From: an uncultured virus (IMG/VR IMGVR_UViG_3300044657_000873)
Lineage: Duplodnaviria; Heunggongvirae; Uroviricota; Caudoviricetes
Virus record (IMG/VR): IMGVR_UViG_3300044657_000873
Length of the DNA: 64,000 bases
Reading direction: 5' to 3' (one strand)
Within the stretch, counting starts at the first letter, position 1, and each line of letters starts with the position of its first letter. Positions 57,351 to 64,000 of the stretch are shown here, piece after piece. The translations under genes and the position numbers were made by a program. The notes beneath the pieces are model-generated. The model ran no database searches and had not been told where the DNA came from. It worked only from the letters and a program-made list of their open reading frames with translations.

Positions 57351-57827
57351 GTGGGATTCTTTAATTTTTTCAAGAATTTGTCCAAGTGCCTCCTCCATAA
57401 AGATATGACCGAACCCCAAGGCTCGCAGTGACTGGTCAATTTCTCGTTGGTCTTTCAGTATTTGTTCATATGTTTCTGGTACATCGCCATCAGGAGTAAA
57501 CTCTGCATACAATTTCCAGATAGATTTTTCTCTACCCTTATGTGGTTTGATGTTCAATTTTTGGTTATCAATCTGCATTGGGTGCTGGGTAACAAACTTC
57601 TCGTCTCTTAGTTCTTCCTTGATCTCTGCTATCAGATCAATAAAAATCGTCTGCATACTAGCAGTAACACCAATACCATGAATAATCTTAGAGTTACCGT
57701 CGATCATTTCCTTTACTGGTGCATTTGATGGTTCATTGGTTACTCTGCCCAGATAGAATCCTGCAACCGCAAAACCTATCAAAAAAACCCAACCCATAAT
57801 AACATCTTTTGTTTTATATTCACTCAT
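57330..57827 (-). CDS. Membrane-anchored hypothetical protein
   Basis: N-terminal TM WVFLIGFAVAGFYLG. Confidence 0.6.
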   Translation of the reverse strand: MSEYKTKDVIMGWVFLIGFAVAGFYLGRVTNEPSNAPVKEMIDGNSKIIHGIGVTASMQTIFIDLIAEIKEELRDEKFVTQHPMQIDNQKLNIKPHKGREKSIWKLYAEFTPDGDVPETYEQILKDQREIDQSLRALGFGHIFMEEALGQILEKIKESHLTNQQP

Positions 57828-57855
57828 TTCTCAACTCCATAATAATATCCATTAA

Positions 57856-58951
57856 TTAGCTTGACTCCAGACCTGATTTTGGAAGCCCCAAATGCACCAG
57901 TCTGACCTGATTCCCTACCTGATTCTCGACCTGATCCCTGACCTGATTCCTGACCTGATTCTCGACCTGACGCCTGACCTGACGCCTGACCTGACGCCAG
58001 ACCTGATCCCAGACCTGATCCCAGACCTGATACAAGACCTGACCCCTGACCTGACCCCAGACCTGATTCTCGACCTGATCCCAGACCTGATTCCTGTTAT
58101 TTTTCATTAGTTTGATCCCTGACCTGATTCCTGACCTGACGCCAGACCTGATTCTCGACCTGATCCCAGACCTGACCCCAGACCTGATCCACGACCTGAC
58201 TCACGACCTGATCCACGACCTGATTCCTGACCTGACGCCAGACCTGATTCTCGACCTGATCCCAGACCTGACCCCAGACCTGATCCCTGACCTGACTCAC
58301 GACCTGATTCATGACCTGATTCCTGACCTGACGCCAGACCTGATTCTCGACCTGATCCCAGACCTGACCCCAGACCTGATCCACGACCTGACTCACGACC
58401 TGATCCACGACCTGATCCCAGACCTGATTCTCGACTTGACCCACGGCCTGATCCCAGACCTGACCCCTGACCTGATCCCAGACCTGATCCAAGACCTGAC
58501 CCCAGACCTGATTCCTGACCTGATTCCTGACCTGACTCCAGTTATTTTTCATTAGTTTGATCCCAGACCTGACCCCCGACCTGACGCCAGACCTGATCCA
58601 CGACCTGATCCACGACCTGACCCCAGACCTGACCCCTGACCTGACCCCTGACCTGATCCCAGACCTGACCCCAGACCTGATTCTCGACCTGACCCCTGAC
58701 CTGATTCCTGACCTGATTCCTGTTATTTTTCATTAGTTTGATCCCAGACCTGACCCCAGACCTGATTCTCGACCTGATCCCAGACCTGATTCCTGTTATT
58801 TTTCATTAGTTTGATCCCTGACCTGATTCCTGACCTGACGCCAGACCTGATTCTCGACCTGATCCCAGACCTGACCCCAGACCTGATCCCTGACCTGACT
58901 CACGACCTGATTCATGACCTGATTCCTGACCTGATTCCTGTTATTTTTCAT
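57856..58951 (-). repeat. 12-bp tandem repeat (NNG NNT CAG GTC) organised as five overlapping mini-ORFs
   Basis: Units 58796-58951, 58723-58806, 58542-58733, 58097-58552, 57856-58107; each begins MKNN, four end QTNEK*. Confidence 0.9.
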
Positions 58952-58982
58952 TTTTAATCCGGCCCCACTGTTTTGTAGAAAT

Positions 58983-59429
58983 TTAGTCACGGGCACGATG
59001 TTCTCGTTCCTGTTCCTTATCATATTCACGTTGATATGTACAATGTACACTAAAACCAGCGGGAATAGTTACGGGGCCATGAATGGGATGCTCCACGGTA
59101 CGTTCTTGATAAAGAATCAAGTAAGGTCCAATCAAACTTTCTTCATTCCAATTTTGTGGAATATACATTTTCACTCCATCCAAAGAATCAAGCACATGAC
59201 GAGAACCAACATTCTCACCCGGAACCAACTGTAGGATTTTCTTCTTGGATTTTGTATAACCTTCTGGAACCTTGTTGGAAATAGTCAGTGCCAAATCTCC
59301 TTGCCAGATACGATCATTAACCGTACAAGCCTCACTAAATCGCAAAGGTTGTCCCGGCTGAACCTTATCGTGTTTACCATTCTTGATCTTTGCCGCATGT
59401 TCAACAATTACCTGAATTGCATTCGTCAT
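58983..59429 (-). CDS. Conserved phage protein that accompanies DUF6745 genes
   Basis: WQGDL, GSRH, HPIHGPVTIPAG, QREY. Confidence 0.6.
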   Translation of the reverse strand: MTNAIQVIVEHAAKIKNGKHDKVQPGQPLRFSEACTVNDRIWQGDLALTISNKVPEGYTKSKKKILQLVPGENVGSRHVLDSLDGVKMYIPQNWNEESLIGPYLILYQERTVEHPIHGPVTIPAGFSVHCTYQREYDKEQEREHRARD

Positions 59430-59448
59430 AATTACTCTCCTTTAAAAT

Positions 59449-60321
59449 TTAAGTTCTTCCAATAACATTACACTTACGATCAACATCATTACCAAGCCAC
59501 TTTTGAGCCTGTTCACAATTTTCTACATCATTATCTACCCCCATAACAAACACTCTACCAGTTGGGCAAGTTGCAACAAAACGTTTGCCAAAGATTTTTG
59601 TATTGTACAATGCCTCAATTGTATTTTCAATATCATTATGTCGGCTATCAATACACTCGGCATCAGTTTCTTCAAGATATTTTGTCCAACCATAACGATT
59701 GATCATGATAGATCTAATATCTTGATTACTTTCACCGTGAATTTGATGCAAAGTTAGAGTTTCTGGACTCATAACAATTTGTTCAGTAACTCGATGTCCC
59801 TCGATACTCCATATACAAAATCCATCACTAAACTTTACCGAAGGTCCATCTTCACAATGCAAAACTTTATCTTGCATACGGATCACTTCTGGTCTATCTT
59901 GAAATACAAGATATGTTTCGTCATTATGAGTATAGGACGACCACCATCCACAAACCTCTGCGAGCTTAAACAATGGGTAAATGCCATCAACTAGTTCCAC
60001 ATTAAGAACTTCACACATGTAAGAATAAAAGGAGAGCCACGCCTCATTATATCCAAGCATCATACCGTTTAGTGTTTCATTTTTAGAAATATAAAATCCA
60101 TTGTCAGTGTGAAATTTCTGTATAATTTCAATAGCTTCGATTGGAGACTTAGCAAAGAAAATATGTTTGGCTTCGGGAAGTCCAGCGATGGTGTGGACTT
60201 CTTTAGCAAACTCAATGCATTTTTCTCGGTCGCAAGGTCCGGTGGATGTACCAATCTGAATCCAACGATCCACATGTTGTTTCATTTTTGCTTCTTGTTC
60301 GGATGTAAGACTTTCAATCAT
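59449..60321 (-). CDS. DUF6745-like protein
   Basis: LTSEQEA...WIQIG, SP, WLSFY, GWW, LHCEDGPSVKFSDG, CPTGR. Confidence 0.7.
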   Translation of the reverse strand: MIESLTSEQEAKMKQHVDRWIQIGTSTGPCDREKCIEFAKEVHTIAGLPEAKHIFFAKSPIEAIEIIQKFHTDNGFYISKNETLNGMMLGYNEAWLSFYSYMCEVLNVELVDGIYPLFKLAEVCGWWSSYTHNDETYLVFQDRPEVIRMQDKVLHCEDGPSVKFSDGFCIWSIEGHRVTEQIVMSPETLTLHQIHGESNQDIRSIMINRYGWTKYLEETDAECIDSRHNDIENTIEALYNTKIFGKRFVATCPTGRVFVMGVDNDVENCEQAQKWLGNDVDRKCNVIGRT

Positions 60322-60360
60322 TTTTTACTCCAGTGGCTAAAGTTAGTAATAATACCGTCA

Positions 60361-61587
60361 TCATACTAGTCCCTCAATTATTTTTCCGCCATTTGCAATC
60401 TTCATAGGTCTTCCTCTTTTACTTATATAAGTAGTATCAGCATCAATACCAAGTGCTGCAACTGTACTAGCCATGAGATCTTGTGCGGTATACGCTAGAC
60501 CATCAATCATCTTTCCATCTTTAGTCGTTGCACCAATAGCTCGACCCCCTTTGAATAAACCTCCAGATACAAATGCACTCCATGTCGCTGCCCAATGGTC
60601 ACGACCAGCATTCTGATTAATTCGAGGAGTTCTACCAAACTCTCCCATCATCATTATAGCAGTTGTATCCCACATGTCAAGCCTCTTTAGGTCAAGAATG
60701 AGAGTTGATACTACTTTATCTAATTCGGGAAGTTTAGTGTTTAAAGTATCATGAGTCATTTGATGAAGATCCCATCCTCCAAATCCAATCTCAACAAATG
60801 GGACTCCTTGCTGTAGAAGACGACGAGCAATCAATGCACTATTGCCAAATCCAGTAGCTCCATATGCGTTTCTTACTTGTTGAGGTTCCGTATTAATTTT
60901 CAACGCATTCATCTGCGGGGAAGTATTTAGTTTAATAGTTTTGTCATACAGATTCTTATGGTCTATAGGAAGTTCCCCACGATTAGAATCAATAAAATTT
61001 TTCTCTAAAGTAGAAAGGAATTCTAGGCGATTTTTATTTAGATTTCCTCCCAAATTATTAATTTGACCATTAGAATTTACTAAAAAGGGATCATAAGTAG
61101 TTCCTAAGAATCCACCTCCAATACTTCTTGTGCCTACAGAAAAGAATGCCGGAATCTCAAGATCTTTCCTACTCCTGCCAAGCTCATAAGATACTACAGA
61201 CCCCAAAGATGGATGAACAACTGTAGGATTAGGTTTAAATCCCGTGTGTATATGATATGTCCCTCGCATGTGATCAGCTTCACCAGTAGACATACTTCTT
61301 ACGACAGAGAAATCTTTTCCAAGTTTTGCCAGTTCAGGCATGAGTTCACTAATCTGGAAATCCCCTGCCGTATTGATCGGCATATGAGGACCACCCTCTT
61401 TAGTTCCGGGTTTCAAATCCCACATATCAATAGTTGGTGGACCGCCTCCCAACCAAATCAAAATTGCTCCCTTGCGGTCATTACGAAGTTGTGATGAGTT
61501 TTTAACAATGGTTTGACCAAAGGAAAGCGATGTGGAAGCAAGAGAAGCAAGTCCACCAGCGTGTTGTAAGAAGTGTCGTCTATTCAT
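60361..61587 (-). CDS. Second Tat-exported DUF1501 family protein
   Basis: MNRRHFL, ILIWLGGGP, GGWDLH, GEFGRTPRIN, GRDHW. Confidence 0.92.
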   Translation of the reverse strand: MNRRHFLQHAGGLASLASTSLSFGQTIVKNSSQLRNDRKGAILIWLGGGPPTIDMWDLKPGTKEGGPHMPINTAGDFQISELMPELAKLGKDFSVVRSMSTGEADHMRGTYHIHTGFKPNPTVVHPSLGSVVSYELGRSRKDLEIPAFFSVGTRSIGGGFLGTTYDPFLVNSNGQINNLGGNLNKNRLEFLSTLEKNFIDSNRGELPIDHKNLYDKTIKLNTSPQMNALKINTEPQQVRNAYGATGFGNSALIARRLLQQGVPFVEIGFGGWDLHQMTHDTLNTKLPELDKVVSTLILDLKRLDMWDTTAIMMMGEFGRTPRINQNAGRDHWAATWSAFVSGGLFKGGRAIGATTKDGKMIDGLAYTAQDLMASTVAALGIDADTTYISKRGRPMKIANGGKIIEGLV

Positions 61588-61673
61588 GATTTCTCTCTCA
61601 TTTAGTTAAAATAAAATTATTAGTCACAGAAGGTTGCTTGATGTTTAACTTCCATCATTGTATACGAAGAATG

Positions 61674-61925
61674 TTATTTGTCAACTCCTTCAACAATCAG
61701 TCTTATCCAACTGTTTTGTATATCGTTAGTTAATCGTTCTCTATATTTATCTGGTGTAAGATTTGTTCTATGAGCAACACCATCAACCCAACCATCCATA
61801 TAAATATCATACACCATAATCTTCAATACTTTCATTTGTGTGTCGTTCAGACCCCAAGATTTAATAGCGTGAGCATAATGGTCTGCGTTCCAGTCGTCTA
61901 GTTTTATTCCCAATGGGTCACTCAT
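61674..61925 (-). CDS. Hypothetical protein
   Basis: Ends EGVDK via the junction motif. Confidence 0.5.
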   Translation of the reverse strand: MSDPLGIKLDDWNADHYAHAIKSWGLNDTQMKVLKIMVYDIYMDGWVDGVAHRTNLTPDKYRERLTNDIQNSWIRLIVEGVDK

Positions 61926-62134
61926 TTATCAACTCCTTCATCTATCATTGGGTTATCTGTCATATCATACAGTCCAAGTTCTTGGGACTGCTGGGTTAAT
62001 TCTTTTAAAACTTCCTCTCTTTTTGTGAGAGAAACAAATGTTAAATCTGCTGGGTAATGCTCACACCCCGTAATATATCCATTAGGAGTATCGTAACATA
62101 TTGTGCCGCATTTTTCACATTTAAAATTGCTCAT
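61922..62134 (-). CDS. Small zinc-binding protein
   Basis: CEKC...GCEH; N-terminus shared with 63198-63485. Confidence 0.55.
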   Translation of the reverse strand: MSNFKCEKCGTICYDTPNGYITGCEHYPADLTFVSLTKREEVLKELTQQSQELGLYDMTDNPMIDEGVDK

Positions 62135-62137
62135 TTA

Positions 62138-62497
62138 TCAACTCCAAGTATCGCTTTCATACCATTCTAACATATAATTACCGCCCTCGTCGTATGTTCC
62201 ATGACCTTCTGCCCCACAATGACTACAGGTTACAGAGTCTCCTGTTTTTGGGAATCTAGCAGCAAAACTATTTCCGCAAATAGAACATTTGATTATATCA
62301 ACCTTCGTTTTCGCATAATTATAATTCTTGTACATGTCTACCCTTAACTTTAATAGTTTTTCCCTATCTTCTTTTGAAATATAGATAGGGTTGGCATCCA
62401 TTAGACTTACTGGCGGCACATTCCAGAATGGTATTTTAGCATTTAAATGGGGAATGTCAATATATCCGTCTGGTTTTTTTTCTGACTTGTCAGTCAT
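62138..62497 (-). CDS. Zinc-ribbon protein
   Basis: CSIC...CSHC. Confidence 0.55.
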   Translation of the reverse strand: MTDKSEKKPDGYIDIPHLNAKIPFWNVPPVSLMDANPIYISKEDREKLLKLRVDMYKNYNYAKTKVDIIKCSICGNSFAARFPKTGDSVTCSHCGAEGHGTYDEGGNYMLEWYESDTWS

Positions 62498-62918
62498 TTA
62501 TCTTTATCCTAACTTTCAAAAACCCATCTTTGTCTTGTTTGGATGATGCCCGACCTATAAGGTCACATTGTTTTCTCCAAGTTATTTTCCCCTTTTTGGA
62601 AACGTACATTGGTTGTCCACAGGGGATTTTATCATATTTTCTACGAATACAGATTTCACCATCTTGCAAAATCATTATTTTATTTCCTGTGTTTACTACG
62701 TTTAAATAAGCGTGATGATGATATTTTGTTAAATCAATCGTTGCCACAAATACGGTAGAGACGCCCAACAATTTATCTGACGGTTTCCTGTTTTTGAAAC
62801 TTCGGGCCATCATAGGTTCATCATTACAGTCGCCATACAAAGGATCGCCAATCTCAATTTCATCTTCGCAGAACCATTGAATTGATTCGCTTAAACTTTT
62901 AGTAATTCTAACAGTCAT
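62490..62918 (-). CDS. Possible capsid cement/decoration-like protein
   Basis: IEIGDPLY, LLGV, GQPMYVSKKG, IGRASSKQDKDGFLKVRI. Confidence 0.4.
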   Translation of the reverse strand: MTVRITKSLSESIQWFCEDEIEIGDPLYGDCNDEPMMARSFKNRKPSDKLLGVSTVFVATIDLTKYHHHAYLNVVNTGNKIMILQDGEICIRRKYDKIPCGQPMYVSKKGKITWRKQCDLIGRASSKQDKDGFLKVRIKIND

Positions 62919-62921
62919 TTA

Positions 62922-63116
62922 TCAACTCCTCCATTCACCAGTTCGTTCATAAATATCTTTAGGACAATCGGGTGAACATCCACGGTATTTTGTCCCACAA
63001 TCTTTAGTATGATACATCCACCAGTTTTTAGGCGGCTTATTTGATCGTGATCTAATTATCATATAAAGAGGAAATAATGTAGCGAATGTAATAAGAACTA
63101 CACAAAGTTCAGTCAT
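62922..63116 (-). CDS. Small membrane protein with His/Cys motif
   Basis: TM followed by HTKDCGTKYRGCSPDCP. Confidence 0.5.
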   Translation of the reverse strand: MTELCVVLITFATLFPLYMIIRSRSNKPPKNWWMYHTKDCGTKYRGCSPDCPKDIYERTGEWRS

Positions 63117-63214
63117 TTGTCACCTATTAGTGATATTATAATGCAGGTCAGACTGGAACCAATCAACATTCCAGAAAGAAATCCTCTAAGCCAGCGATCA
63201 AACGCCTTGCTCAT
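63113..63214 (-). CDS. 33-aa membrane peptide missing from the ORF track
   Basis: MSKAFDRWLRGFLSGMLIGSSLTCIIISLIGDK*, bounded by junction motifs. Confidence 0.5.
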   Translation of the reverse strand: MSKAFDRWLRGFLSGMLIGSSLTCIIISLIGDK

Positions 63215-63485
63215 TTATCACTGTTTTATAAGTATGCCACCAGACTTTACATTTATGACACTCAGTTCTGTATTTTGGATCAATAATCATTTTAATGGTT
63301 TGTAGTGGAGTCGTAACCGTTTTTGTATCGTGGCACAAGGGGCAAATTTCTAATCTTGACTCAATACATTTATTTGGAACATCAATATATTTTAAGTCCG
63401 CTGGGTAATGTTCGCACCCTGTAATGTAACCATTAAGAGTATCGTAACACATTGTGCCGCATTTTTCACATTTAAAACTACTCAT
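63198..63485 (-). CDS. Double zinc-binding protein
   Basis: CEKC/CEH module plus CPLC...CHKC. Confidence 0.5.
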   Translation of the reverse strand: MSSFKCEKCGTMCYDTLNGYITGCEHYPADLKYIDVPNKCIESRLEICPLCHDTKTVTTPLQTIKMIIDPKYRTECHKCKVWWHTYKTVINEQGV

Positions 63486-63488
63486 TTA

Positions 63489-64000
63489 TCAATTCCTAAT
63501 TATTCCTGAATTCTCCCAAGCCTCAATGGTGTGCTTGAATGGTTCGCCCTCAATATCTCGCACTAACTGAAGCATCTGATCTGCGATTTCTCTGACCTCA
63601 AGCTGGGCGTGTGGAGAGCGTCTTAGCTTGACAAAGTTAGCAAAACTTCTCATATTGAACATAATGTCAGCCTGAATTTGACTATTATAAGTCTTGAAGA
63701 ATCTCGCTGACTCTTTTGCTCTCTTGCGTCCCAATACTGGTTCAAGGTCTGCCAAGCAAGCATGATATAATCTATTACCTTCTTCTGTATATTCTGCCAG
63801 CCTTTGATGCCAGTCGTCAGATGGTGTATTTAAAGCCTCTCCATTATCTGAAATTCGGATGCCTTTCCAATCTTGCGGTAGGTAGTACTTATCTTCCTTC
63901 AATTCTTTATACCTAGCAGACTCTCCGTTAAAACTGCTCATGCGGTGTTTTAGCAGATGGATGTGCGTAGCCTGATCTACATTTACTAGGAAGTGAACGA
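63489..64000 (-). CDS. thyX: FAD-dependent thymidylate synthase, 5' truncated
   Basis: Frame open to the window end: HLLKHRMSSFNGESARY, AKESAR, NMRS, LRRSPHAQLEVR. Confidence 0.92.
   Translation of the reverse strand, partial: VHFLVNVDQATHIHLLKHRMSSFNGESARYKELKEDKYYLPQDWKGIRISDNGEALNTPSDDWHQRLAEYTEEGNRLYHACLADLEPVLGRKRAKESARFFKTYNSQIQADIMFNMRSFANFVKLRRSPHAQLEVREIADQMLQLVRDIEGEPFKHTIEAWENSGIIRN

Noticed and set aside
57892..58555. + strand (PDLI/PDLT)n ORFs
   Set aside because: Antisense shadow of the repeat; all flanking genes and the coupled start/stop junctions are on the - strand
57856..58951. CRISPR array or DGR
   Set aside because: Period is 12 bp with no unique spacers; no cas or reverse transcriptase gene in the window; variation is not adenine-specific
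898..63916. Numerous short overlapping antisense or alternate-frame ORFs in the track
   Set aside because: They overlap well-supported genes and lack motifs or RBS
1..64000. Alternative genetic code (stop recoding)
   Set aside because: Conserved genes are full length under the standard code; no suppressor tRNA

Overview
A 64-kb segment of a large (probably jumbo) tailed dsDNA phage genome with an AT-rich composition. Two Tat-exported DUF1501 genes suggest a Planctomycetota host. A short + strand block (1-5221) encodes probable virion proteins. Everything else reads on the - strand. This includes a ~15-kb glycan biosynthesis cluster and replication genes (a DnaE polymerase split into two genes around a proofreading exonuclease, primase, DnaB, RecA-like recombinase, two SSBs). 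It also includes nucleotide metabolism genes (nrdAB, thyX, dCMP deaminase, dNMP kinase, MazG, PhoH), a phage sigma factor and tRNA-Trp. The most unusual elements are: (1) a compact, circularly permuted two-piece tmRNA with tag AEPCFALAA; (2) a terminator-bounded, lysis-like operon with no recognisable peptidoglycan hydrolase, carrying a papain-like protease, a lipoprotein thioredoxin, holin-like proteins and a TM-PAS protein; (3) a tandem array of overlapping xxQV-repeat mini-genes beside a repeat-less DUF6745-like gene; (4) several internally deleted gene scars; (5) a small-gene array joined by a shared SD/stop/start motif. All family assignments come from motif recognition by eye; no database searches were run.
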